Positions 1-7,980 of a stretch of 42,127 bases of DNA are shown one piece after another. The stretch spans positions 1 to 42,127 of the forward strand of contig MFAZ01000012.1 in NCBI GenBank assembly GCA_001776335.1. Direction: 5' to 3'. Origin of the DNA: Candidatus Curtissbacteria bacterium RIFCSPHIGHO2_01_FULL_41_11 (GTDB lineage: Bacteria > Patescibacteriota > Microgenomatia > Curtissbacterales > GWA2-41-24). The notes beneath the pieces were generated by a model, which was given only the letters and a program-made list of their open reading frames with translations, did no database searches and was not told the origin of the DNA. The number at the start of each line of letters is the position of its first letter. Positions within the stretch are counted from its first letter, which is position 1. The position numbers and the translations under genes were made by a program.

Positions 1-400
1 GCTCAACTTTATATCCTGCTTGCCCAATAATTTTTTGGATATTTTCAGGCTCGATCTGCGAAGGATCGGTAATCCCGGAAATCATAATTCCGCCTTTTGT
101 CTTGCCAACAACTAAATTTTCTACCGCAACAGGCTCTTCTTTTTGCTGAACATTATCCGTTTCCTCCCGCGCAGCGGATGCTTGCCTTCTACCCGCAACA
201 CTTTCTGCTGCTTCTCTGGTTCTTTTCGAGGACTCATTCGCCTCTTTCGCTTCCTTTCGGAGCTGTTGTAGTCGAGCTTGTCTTTCTTCTTCTACGCGTT
301 TTTTCTTGGAAGTTTCAGAATCTTTAGGTTTAGGCGTTTTGCGACTGGAATCGACATCTTCGTCTCTACCTTTGCCGCTTTCTTTAGGTCCAGTGGGCAT
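1..400 (-). CDS. Partial CDS running off the left edge. It has a K/E/R-rich low-complexity N-terminus followed by a globular part. Function unknown.
   Basis: My own minus-strand translation from the ATG (complement of 398-400) stays open to position 2: MPTGPKESGKGRDEDV...VVGKTKGGIMISGITDPSQIEPENIQKIIGQAGYKVE. A GGGGAG Shine-Dalgarno lies at the complement of 407-412, 6 nt upstream. An in-frame ATG at the complement of 464-466 is an alternative start. It is absent from the ORF track, presumably because no stop lies inside the window. Confidence 0.5.
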   Translation of the reverse strand, partial: MPTGPKESGKGRDEDVDSSRKTPKPKDSETSKKKRVEEERQARLQQLRKEAKEANESSKRTREAAESVAGRRQASAAREETDNVQQKEEPVAVENLVVGKTKGGIMISGITDPSQIEPENIQKIIGQAGYKVE

Positions 401-509
401 AATTTTCTCCCCTCTGTATTTAGGATATAAACTCTCACCATGATTAGCAACAATTTGCTCTGCCATATTGCGGCAAATATAATGCAAAAAGTCGAATCTG
501 GCTTGATAT

Positions 510-539
510 TTACCTAACAAGTACCTTACGGGATATAAT
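510..539 (+). promoter_or_regulatory. Candidate sigma70-type promoter for the regulator gene (TTACCT-N18-TATAAT)
   Basis: TATAAT lies at 534-539, 10 nt before the ATG at 550. The best -35 is TTACCT at 510-515 (4/6 match). This implies a very short leader. Confidence 0.3.
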
Positions 540-549
540 TGTTTCCGAA

Positions 550-1917
550 ATGCAAAAGCTAATTCTTCTCGACAACTTCCCTAAAGACTTTCGCGAGAAA
601 GATGTGAAACAAATCTTTGGCTACGTCTTAACCGGCAAATTTTGCCAGCTCATCTCAATTCCCGGTGGAGGTAAAGCAACCCTCCTAAAACTGATGGCAT
701 CAAACGAAAATTTACGCAAGTTTCACCTGGGACCAAGGCTCACTTCAACCAGAATAATATATTTAGATCTTCACGAACTTCCAAACTTTGAAATATCACA
801 AGTTGAGAAATTCCTGCTTCTATCGATAGACCCGAAGGTTAATGCGGAAACTGAGCCTTTGCTGCTTACAAAACAGCTGAATCGCCTATTTAGTAAGCTA
901 ATCGCACAAAATATAAATATTATCTTCTTGCTTGATCATTTTGACGAATTCCAAAACAGCCTGCCGCCTTCCTTCTTCCAAATGTTAAAACGCCTAAGAA
1001 CTCTAAATAAATACAAATTTGGCGTTGTTTTTGGCACAAGACGGGATCTAAAGGAATTAATAGACCGTGAAGTCCTCACAAATTTCTACGATTTTTTCAC
1101 CGACAACACACTTTACCTGAAAATCTACGATGAAAAGGCTATAAATGTTATGTTTTCCCAAATTGAACAGGCTTTTTCCCAAAAACTCTCGACAGAACAA
1201 AAAGAAGCAATCATCAAACTCACGTCCGGCCACGCAAAACTGACTAAAGTGCTAACAGAAATAACCCTCCGGGAGAAGCAAGCTCCGGATCTCGAAACTC
1301 TACCTCAAAAACCACTAATCAAAGAGGCTCTTTTTGAAATCTGGCTTTTTCTAACCGCTAAGGAGCAGAATTTACTGAAATTAATAGCCCAAAAGAAAGC
1401 AGTTGAAAAAGACGAAGCATTGGAAAACCTGATTAAATTCGATCTCGTTCAACAATTCAACCCGCTTCGCCCGCAACTTGCGTCGACGCAGGCGCGAAGC
1501 GAGACGAGCAATTCAACAATTCAACCCGCTTCGCCCGCGAAGCGAGGCGAGCAATATTCTTTCACTATTCCCCTTTTTGAACAATTTGTACTCGACATAG
1601 TACCAAGTATTACCCAAGAGAAAATTTCCTTTAATCAGGAATCTAAGGAAATCCTTAAGGGGACAAGTGTGATATCTGATTTACTTTCCCCTCAGGAATT
1701 TCGCCTTTTGAGATTCTTAATTCAAAACGAAGGAAAAATCATCGGCCGGGATGAAATAATAGAAGCCGTCTGGACAGATGTTAAATCGCAGGAGGGTATT
1801 AGCGATGAGGCCATCGACCAAATGATTTTCAGGCTGCGCAAAAAAATTGAGGACGAGCCACAGGCGCCGAAGCATATTGTAACCGTAAAAGGCCTCGGAG
1901 TGCGCTTCCAACCTTAA
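550..1917 (+). CDS. P-loop NTPase (STAND/AAA-like) fused to a C-terminal OmpR/PhoB-type winged-helix DNA-binding domain; putative transcriptional regulator
   Basis: Walker A-like IPGGGKATLLKLM and Walker B-like IIFLLDHFDEF. The C-terminus (LSPQEFRLLRFLIQNEGKIIGRDEIIEAVW...DQMIFRLRKKIE...IVTVKGLGVRF) fits the Trans_reg_C wHTH pattern. The linker is encoded by a GC-rich repeat block (1450-1552). Confidence 0.7.
   Translation: MQKLILLDNFPKDFREKDVKQIFGYVLTGKFCQLISIPGGGKATLLKLMASNENLRKFHLGPRLTSTRIIYLDLHELPNFEISQVEKFLLLSIDPKVNAETEPLLLTKQLNRLFSKLIAQNINIIFLLDHFDEFQNSLPPSFFQMLKRLRTLNKYKFGVVFGTRRDLKELIDREVLTNFYDFFTDNTLYLKIYDEKAINVMFSQIEQAFSQKLSTEQKEAIIKLTSGHAKLTKVLTEITLREKQAPDLETLPQKPLIKEALFEIWLFLTAKEQNLLKLIAQKKAVEKDEALENLIKFDLVQQFNPLRPQLASTQARSETSNSTIQPASPAKRGEQYSFTIPLFEQFVLDIVPSITQEKISFNQESKEILKGTSVISDLLSPQEFRLLRFLIQNEGKIIGRDEIIEAVWTDVKSQEGISDEAIDQMIFRLRKKIEDEPQAPKHIVTVKGLGVRFQP
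1450..1552. repeat. GC-rich palindromic repeat block inserted in frame in the regulator gene
   Basis: Perfect 25-nt direct repeat CAACAATTCAACCCGCTTCGCCCGC at 1450-1474 and 1514-1538. Inverted partners CGCTTCGC/GCGAAGCG lie at 1463-1470/1494-1501 and 1527-1534/1537-1544. A 12-nt palindrome TGCGTCGACGCA lies at 1479-1490. Confidence 0.8.
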
Positions 1918-1941
1918 GCGAAAACGCTATAATACCAATCC

Positions 1942-3144
1942 ATGAATAAAACCATAGTCGTTGGTGTGACAGGCAGCATTGCCGCATTTAAATCTTTGGA
2001 GCTAGTAAGAGAACTGAAAAAAGAAGGCCTGAACGTCGAGGTCGTCATGACCAAAAGTGCGGCCCGAATTATCCCGGCGGAAAAATTTCAAAAAGCATCG
2101 GGTAAAAAAGTCTACCTGGAGCTTTTCGAAAAAGATTTTAACTATCAAAATGTTCTAAAGAAGCGTGAGGTCGAACACATCGAACTTGCAAAAAAGGCAG
2201 ACGTTGTGGTTATCGCACCGGCAACTGCCGACATTATCGCCAAAATCGCAAACGGTATCGCAGACGATTGCTTAACAACTACAATTTTGGCAACCACTGC
2301 CCCCGTCATTATTTGTCCTGCCATGAACACTAATATGTGGAACAATCCGCTCACTTGCGAAAATATTTCTAAACTTAAAAAACTCGGATTTTTGATCATA
2401 GAGCCGACTTCCGGAATGTTAGCCTGTGGCGACGTGGGCAAGGGGAAGTTAATGGAGATTTCTCAAATTAAAAAAGAAGTCTTAACAGAACTTAGATACA
2501 CCCAAAATCTCAAAGGTAAAAGGATAATTGTCACATCCGGTGCAACCTCGGAAAAAATAGACGCCGTCCGTTATATAACTAATCGCAGCTCGGGCAAAAT
2601 GGGCATAGCAATAGCCGAGGAATGCAAAAGACAAGGAGCGGATATTTTACTTCTGAGATCCAAAAATTCAAAACAGCCTCGCTATCTTATAAAAGAACAG
2701 CTATTCTCATCCACAAACGATCTCTTAAATCTGGTTCGAACAAACGTTAAAAATTATGATTATTTTTATCACGCGGCTGCAGTATCGGATTTTTCCGTTA
2801 AAAATCCCAAAATAGGTAAACTTTCAAGTACCAGCAGACAAAAAATAGAATTAGAACCTCAAATAAAAATCATTGACGAGATTAAAAAATTCAATCCCAA
2901 AATACATTTAATTGGCTTCAAAACTATCTTTGATTATCCCCGAAAAGACCAGGAAGAAGCTGGACGGCAAAAACTGCTGCAATCAAAAGCGGACGCCATA
3001 ATAGTTAACGACATCAGCAAAAATGGGCAAGGCTTCGAATCAGACTTTAATGAAGTTTTAATTGTTAGCCCTAAAAATACTCTGAGGCTTCCGCTTGCAA
3101 CTAAAACAGATCTCGCCAGAAAAATTGTCGCTCTCCTAAATTAA
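1942..3144 (+). CDS. coaBC: Bifunctional phosphopantothenoylcysteine decarboxylase / phosphopantothenate-cysteine ligase (Dfp)
   Basis: Flavoprotein half: VGVTGSIAAFKS, PAMNTNMWNNP, ACGDVGKGKL. Ligase half: ITNRSSGKMG, HAAAVSDF. The 400-aa length is typical of fused CoaBC. Confidence 0.9.
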   Translation: MNKTIVVGVTGSIAAFKSLELVRELKKEGLNVEVVMTKSAARIIPAEKFQKASGKKVYLELFEKDFNYQNVLKKREVEHIELAKKADVVVIAPATADIIAKIANGIADDCLTTTILATTAPVIICPAMNTNMWNNPLTCENISKLKKLGFLIIEPTSGMLACGDVGKGKLMEISQIKKEVLTELRYTQNLKGKRIIVTSGATSEKIDAVRYITNRSSGKMGIAIAEECKRQGADILLLRSKNSKQPRYLIKEQLFSSTNDLLNLVRTNVKNYDYFYHAAAVSDFSVKNPKIGKLSSTSRQKIELEPQIKIIDEIKKFNPKIHLIGFKTIFDYPRKDQEEAGRQKLLQSKADAIIVNDISKNGQGFESDFNEVLIVSPKNTLRLPLATKTDLARKIVALLN

Positions 3145-3251
3145 TTGTGAAAAGCTAGGGCTATTAGATGCTGTTTGATCTACTTTCCGACCCTTGTTTC
3201 ACATGTTATTGTGAATGCGATGCATTCTGAACTAAATTTTTAAATAATAAA

Positions 3252-4862
3252 ATGGAGCAACATCCTGTCCCCCAGCATATAGCTTCTTTTGAATTTAAAC
3301 TCTTCTGGAATCTCACCGTCCGCCAATTTGTAACCTTGGCTATTCCGATGTCCCTGGCAGCTGCTATATTTTTTTCCTCTCTGCCAAGCTTACTCCGCTA
3401 TCCATTTTCGGGTGTTATTGCTCTTTTTGCCTTCTTTGCAGCTCTTGTCCCGATAAATGGCCGCCCGCTTGATAAATGGCTCGTTTCTTTTATAAAAGCC
3501 GTTACTTCTCCAACCCAAAGGCTCTGGGTTAAAGAACCAAAAATTCCTGAATTTTTAAACATTGTAATATCACCTTCTCCGCAAGAAGAAAAAGTTCCGG
3601 AAACTATTACTTCTCAGGGTCGTGAAAGACTTAGAGCCTACCTCAGATCGCTTCCAAAGGGGACTTATACTCCGTTTGACGTTAAGGAACAAATTGCAGT
3701 CGAAAGACTGGGGCTCCAACCTGGTCAATTAGCTCCAGGCGGATTCTCAACACAAGGTACTCTTCCGCCTCCAATTATCTGGCCGACTACAACAGGAGCC
3801 GGCAGATACGTTTACACTGGTCCCTCTGTACCCCAAGTTTCCGCCGCTCCCGGGCTTTCAATGTCTCAAATGCCCGCAGGATCTACCACCCCTAGGCTTC
3901 AATTAGACGAACAGTACGAAGGCTCCATGGAAGAAGCCCTTCCTCCGACTGCACCGACCAGAACTGCAGCTGCTCCAAAAATCACTCTCCATGCCAAACC
4001 ATACGCCTTGCCCGGCCTGGAAAAAAAGCTTCAGAAAAAAACCAAAGCTGAGCATATCGAACTTGCCCCGACTGCACCCCTTGTAAAAGCCCAGATTGCT
4101 TCAGAAACCAATCCGGCAGTAGAAAATGTAATCTCAATAAGAACGCCGGACAGAAAAATTAAGCTAATCCATGGCGTCGGCCAAACCAGAGTAAGAAAGC
4201 TCCATTTTGCACCTCCGGAAGGATTCGATCTTTCAAAGATGCCAATTCGCGGCGAAAAAAGATTCGAGATTTCCCAGGAGCTGAAAAGCCGTTTTACGGT
4301 TGATAATGACTTATTCGAAGAAAAACAGGCTCCTGCTCCACCTGTTGTTCTGCCAACGGCACCCCAGACCGTCTCCTATACCCCGGAAAATCCTGAATTC
4401 AAACAATCTTCACAAGCACCCATGCCAGATAAAATTCACTTCATCCCAAAAAATAAAGTGGTTCAACCTACTACCGGTGTAACCCTTAAAAAAGATGAGG
4501 CTGAGAACCTTGAAGCCAAAATCTCAGTCGGTGGAGAAAAAACACCCCACATCCCCTTATCCGGGACAACCGGCAGAGCCCAAATCGTCCCCCTAACAAA
4601 TACCCCTAACGTTATTTCCGGTATTGTTACCGATCAGGAAGGTAATCCGGTAGAAAGCGCCATTCTTATCATAAAAGATTCCACTGGAATTCCTGTAAGA
4701 GCGCTTAAAACAAACAAGCTGGGACAATTTCTTTCGGCAACGCCCCTAAACGATGGCCCATATTCCATCGAAGTCGAATCTGATGAGAAAAATTTTGATG
4801 CCATGTCTTTAATGCTGGCAGGAAAAATTATTGATCCTTTGCAAATAAAATCAAAAAACTAA
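3252..4862 (+). CDS. PrgI-family (VirB3-like) membrane protein with a long P/T/Q-rich extension and a C-terminal CarboxypepD_reg-like beta-sandwich
   Basis: The N-terminus HPVPQHIASFEFKLFWNLTVRQFVTL plus two hydrophobic helices fits the PrgI signature. The C-terminal ISGIVTDQEGNPVESAILIIKDSTGIPVRALKTNKLGQF...YSIEVES (about 4614-4799) fits the carboxypeptidase-regulatory-like fold. It is the first gene of the T4SS-like operon. Confidence 0.65.
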   Translation: MEQHPVPQHIASFEFKLFWNLTVRQFVTLAIPMSLAAAIFFSSLPSLLRYPFSGVIALFAFFAALVPINGRPLDKWLVSFIKAVTSPTQRLWVKEPKIPEFLNIVISPSPQEEKVPETITSQGRERLRAYLRSLPKGTYTPFDVKEQIAVERLGLQPGQLAPGGFSTQGTLPPPIIWPTTTGAGRYVYTGPSVPQVSAAPGLSMSQMPAGSTTPRLQLDEQYEGSMEEALPPTAPTRTAAAPKITLHAKPYALPGLEKKLQKKTKAEHIELAPTAPLVKAQIASETNPAVENVISIRTPDRKIKLIHGVGQTRVRKLHFAPPEGFDLSKMPIRGEKRFEISQELKSRFTVDNDLFEEKQAPAPPVVLPTAPQTVSYTPENPEFKQSSQAPMPDKIHFIPKNKVVQPTTGVTLKKDEAENLEAKISVGGEKTPHIPLSGTTGRAQIVPLTNTPNVISGIVTDQEGNPVESAILIIKDSTGIPVRALKTNKLGQFLSATPLNDGPYSIEVESDEKNFDAMSLMLAGKIIDPLQIKSKN

Positions 4863-5927
4863 ATGTCAAAAAAACAGGTTAAGGCAAAAGCATCAACTCA
4901 AGAGCATTTGGATATAGACGACATAGTAGACGACCTTGTGCTTCTTAAAACCGGTTGGGTTGCATGTGTTATGTCCACAACCGCAGTTAATTTTGACCTG
5001 CTTTCAGAAGCCGAACAAGATGCCACTATCTACGCTTTCGGTGCTTTCTTGAATTCGCTTTCCTTCCCTTTGGAAATTCTTATCCGCTCTAAGAAGGCAG
5101 ACATAACCTCCTATTTCCAAAGTTTGGAAGAAGCCGAGGTTGCTCAGCCGAATCCGGATATCAAAAGACAAATTCAAAAGTACAAGGACTTTATCCAATC
5201 AACAGTTCAGCAAAAAACAGTTCTTGATAAAAAATTCTATTTTATAATAAATTTCTCTCCTGTTGAGCTTGGTTTAAAAGGCGGGCTTTCTGGTAAAAAG
5301 GCAGGTGCCGGGAGTAAATCTCAATTATTAACGGACGCCAAAACTGCCCTTGCGCCAAAACGAGACCACATCATAAAACAAACCTCAAGACTCGGCTTAA
5401 CTACCAAACAACTTACAACTCAGGAGTTAATCGAGTTGTTTTATGATATCTACAATCCCGCCCCCACCGGAACCCAAAGAGTTCTTTTAGACACTGACGC
5501 CTACACCACGCCCTTGGTCGAGCCAGCAGTCGAGGTCCCAATTCCCGCCCCTGTCCAAATACCTCAACAACCTGCTCCGCCACCTTCACCCCTAATTAAT
5601 CCAGTCCAAGAAGCAACCGCACCCGTCTCAGGGTTAGACCTAAGACAAAAAATTTCCCCTATACAAGAACCTTCGGCACCGGAACTTCGTCCTGTAGACC
5701 CGAGGCCTCAAGTTGCACCCCCGCCTAACCTTGCACCCCATCAGGCCCGCCCGCCAACGACTGCAGCCGTAGGCTCTGTCGGGCAGGCAGAAGCATTAAA
5801 AAATTTACAAGCGGCAACTTCTCAAGCTGCCCAGTTTACCCAGCCTGCAGGCGGGCAGGCCAACAGACCAACACCAAACCCAACAATAAATCAAAACCCA
5901 AATGTCAAAACTGAAAACTATAACTAA
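4863..5927 (+). CDS. VirB4 N-terminal-domain-like protein without ATPase motifs, with a Pro-rich C-terminal tail
   Basis: Its ATG abuts the upstream TAA (4860-4865). HLDIDDIVDDLVLLKTGWVACVMSTTAVNFDLLSEAEQDATIYAFGAFLNSLSFPLEILIRSKKAD resembles, from memory, the N-terminal domain of Gram-positive VirB4 ATPases (Tn916 Orf16/ConE type). No Walker A or B motif is present. The last ~130 aa are Pro-rich low complexity. Confidence 0.55.
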   Translation: MSKKQVKAKASTQEHLDIDDIVDDLVLLKTGWVACVMSTTAVNFDLLSEAEQDATIYAFGAFLNSLSFPLEILIRSKKADITSYFQSLEEAEVAQPNPDIKRQIQKYKDFIQSTVQQKTVLDKKFYFIINFSPVELGLKGGLSGKKAGAGSKSQLLTDAKTALAPKRDHIIKQTSRLGLTTKQLTTQELIELFYDIYNPAPTGTQRVLLDTDAYTTPLVEPAVEVPIPAPVQIPQQPAPPPSPLINPVQEATAPVSGLDLRQKISPIQEPSAPELRPVDPRPQVAPPPNLAPHQARPPTTAAVGSVGQAEALKNLQAATSQAAQFTQPAGGQANRPTPNPTINQNPNVKTENYN

Positions 5928-5950
5928 AAAATTAATAATAATTAAAATAA

Positions 5951-5969
5951 AAGCTAACAAAGTTAGCTT
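5951..5969 (+). other. Perfect 8-bp stem / 3-nt loop hairpin between the VirB4-N-like gene and virB4
   Basis: AAGCTAAC (5951-5958) aaa GTTAGCTT (5962-5969). No U-tract follows, so it is not a canonical terminator. Confidence 0.4.
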
Positions 5970-5973
5970 CCAT

Positions 5974-6008
5974 AACTTTGAACTTTTAACTTTGAACTTT
6001 TAACTTTT
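5974..6008 (+). repeat. Heptamer tract AACTTTG/AACTTTT x5 immediately upstream of the virB4 start
   Basis: Units at 5974, 5981, 5988, 5995 and 6002. TGA/TAA at 5979, 5987, 5993 and 6001 cover all three frames. The tract ends 3 nt before the ATG at 6012. Confidence 0.85.
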
Positions 6009-6011
6009 TGT

Positions 6012-7907
6012 ATGAGTATCTTTAACCCTTTTTCCAAACCACAGCCGAAACAAACCCCATTAACTGCCAAAGAACAGCAATGGGCACAGACGCTGTCTGC
6101 TGGCACGGTTTCCGTCAAAGACATAATCGCCCCGCCGGCAATTGAAGTCGACTTTGATTTTCTCAAGGTAGGATCCACCTATTACCGCACATTGTTTGTT
6201 GTAGGTTATCCAAGATATGTTCAGGCAAATTGGCTTGCACCTTTAATTAACTTTGAACACACTCTGGAAATATCCATGTACACCTATCCTGTCGAGGCAA
6301 AAGGCGTTTTAGATGATCTCAGAAGAAAAATCACCGAAATGGAAGCAACCATCGCCACAGATATTCAACATGGTCGTCTCATCGACCCTGCGGTCCAAGC
6401 AGCTCTCGAGGATGCCCATATGCTTCAGGAAGAACTCGTCAAAGGTGCAGAACGATTCTTCCAGTTTGCCCTTTATGTCACAATCCCTGCAGATTCCATT
6501 GAAGAGTTGAATACAATCACCAAACAAGTTGAGTCTACGCTTGGCTCACTTCTGCTGGTCCCTAAACACGCCACACTTCAACAGGAAGACGCTTTCAAAA
6601 CCACCTTGCCTCAAGGCACAGACCATATTTATATCACCCGCAACATGGACACAACATCTCTGGCTACCACTTTCCCATTCATCTCCTCGTCTCTAACCTC
6701 AAACACAGGCGTTATGTACGGCATAAACGAACACAACGGTTCATTGGTTATTTTCGATAGGTTTAGCCAGGAAAATGCCAATTCCGTGATTTTTGCCAAA
6801 TCCGGAGCCGGAAAATCCTATCTGGTAAAACTCGAAGCCCTTAGGTCTCTCATGTTTGGAACAGAAGTAATTGTTATCGACCCCGAAGAAGAATACAAAA
6901 ATCTTTGCGAAGCAATTGGCGGGGAGTATATTTCCTTTAGCTTCAGTTCTCCGGCCAAAATCAACCCGTTTGATCTTTCTGGAATCTACGAAGAAGGTGA
7001 AAATGAACTCGGTCTTAAAATTCTTTCTCTCCATGGCCTGTTGAAAGTCATTATGGGAGAACTCACTCCCGCAGAAGATGCCATTTTAGACAGAGCCCTT
7101 GTTGCAACTTACAAAGCAAAGGGTATAACACCCGATCCGGCAACTCAACAGAATGAACCGCCTCTTATGGAAGACCTGTACAAGGCTCTTCTGGGAATGG
7201 AAGACCCCGGCGCCAAAGGCCTTGCCGACAGGCTTGAACGCTTCGTCAAAGGTTCACTTTTGGGAATTTTTAATCAGCAAAGCAATATCGATATCAAAAA
7301 CACTTTTACTGTTTTTTCAATTAAAGATCTTGAAGACGAACTTCGACCAATCGCCATGTTTCTGATTCTCGACTTTATTTGGACCAGAGTTAAAAACGAC
7401 ATCAGAAAACGTTTGCTCGTGGTGGACGAGGCTTGGTACATGCTTCAGTATCCTGACAGCGCAACGTTCATGTACAGTATCGCCAAACGCGCCAGAAAAT
7501 ATTATCTGGGACTAACTACAATTACCCAAGACGTCGAAGACTTTTTAAATACGGATTACGGCAAAGCAATTGTTACCAACTCCTCCATCCAGATTCTTTT
7601 AAAACAATCTCCGGCAGCCATCGATCAAGTAGCCGATGTCTTCTATCTCTCCGAAGGAGAAAAACACTTGCTTTTGGCAGCAGACATAGGAGAAGGCATA
7701 TTTTTTGCTGGCCCCAATCATGTTGCAATTCGTGTAATAGCTTCACAGGACGAACACTATTTGGTTACCACAAATCCTGAAGAAGTTATGGAAATGCAGA
7801 AAAAAGCCGAAGAAACCGAACAGCAGTTCCAACAGCAGCCTGCCTCGCCGACTGGCGGGCCTGCCTCGCCGACTGGCGGGCCTCCCCAAAATCCGCAAAC
7901 TCAATAG
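6012..7907 (+). CDS. virB4: VirB4/PrgJ-family type IV secretion ATPase
   Basis: Walker A FAKSGAGKSYLVK and Walker B RLLVVDEAWYML. N-terminal VirB4-type block YYRTLFVVGYPRYV. The C-terminal tail PASPTGGPASPTGGP is encoded by GC-rich 21-nt repeats. Confidence 0.85.
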   Translation: MSIFNPFSKPQPKQTPLTAKEQQWAQTLSAGTVSVKDIIAPPAIEVDFDFLKVGSTYYRTLFVVGYPRYVQANWLAPLINFEHTLEISMYTYPVEAKGVLDDLRRKITEMEATIATDIQHGRLIDPAVQAALEDAHMLQEELVKGAERFFQFALYVTIPADSIEELNTITKQVESTLGSLLLVPKHATLQQEDAFKTTLPQGTDHIYITRNMDTTSLATTFPFISSSLTSNTGVMYGINEHNGSLVIFDRFSQENANSVIFAKSGAGKSYLVKLEALRSLMFGTEVIVIDPEEEYKNLCEAIGGEYISFSFSSPAKINPFDLSGIYEEGENELGLKILSLHGLLKVIMGELTPAEDAILDRALVATYKAKGITPDPATQQNEPPLMEDLYKALLGMEDPGAKGLADRLERFVKGSLLGIFNQQSNIDIKNTFTVFSIKDLEDELRPIAMFLILDFIWTRVKNDIRKRLLVVDEAWYMLQYPDSATFMYSIAKRARKYYLGLTTITQDVEDFLNTDYGKAIVTNSSIQILLKQSPAAIDQVADVFYLSEGEKHLLLAADIGEGIFFAGPNHVAIRVIASQDEHYLVTTNPEEVMEMQKKAEETEQQFQQQPASPTGGPASPTGGPPQNPQTQ

Positions 7908-7937
7908 CCTGCCTCGCCGACTGGCGGGCCTGCCTCG
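7839..7937. repeat. GC-rich 21-nt hairpin unit CCTGCCTCGCCGACTGGCGGG: 2 copies, a 27-nt spacer, then 1.4 copies, straddling the virB4 stop
   Basis: Copies at 7839-7859, 7860-7880 and 7908-7928, with a partial copy at 7929-7937. The TAG stop (7905-7907) lies in the spacer. Each unit has an internal stem CTCGCC/GGCGGG with loop GACT. Confidence 0.85.
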
Positions 7938-7980
7938 TGCTAATATGGAAGTAAGCCTGTAAATTCTGGCCAATTGGGTC

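Noticed and set aside
97-327. Plus-strand 76-aa ORF from the track
   Set aside because: It is low-complexity (L/F/P-rich). It lies entirely antisense to a better-supported minus-strand CDS that has a GGGGAG SD and stays open to the window edge.
3145-3251. Promoter for the T4SS-like operon (TTGTGA 3209-3214, N18, TAAATT 3233-3238)
   Set aside because: Both hexamers match weakly in AT-rich sequence, where such matches arise by chance. This is not strong enough to list as a feature.
7839-7937. Possible CRISPR array (repeated 21-mers)
   Set aside because: The copies are directly tandem with no unique spacers apart from one 27-nt gap. They are partly coding, and no cas genes are nearby. The unit is a GC-rich hairpin repeat, not a CRISPR repeat.
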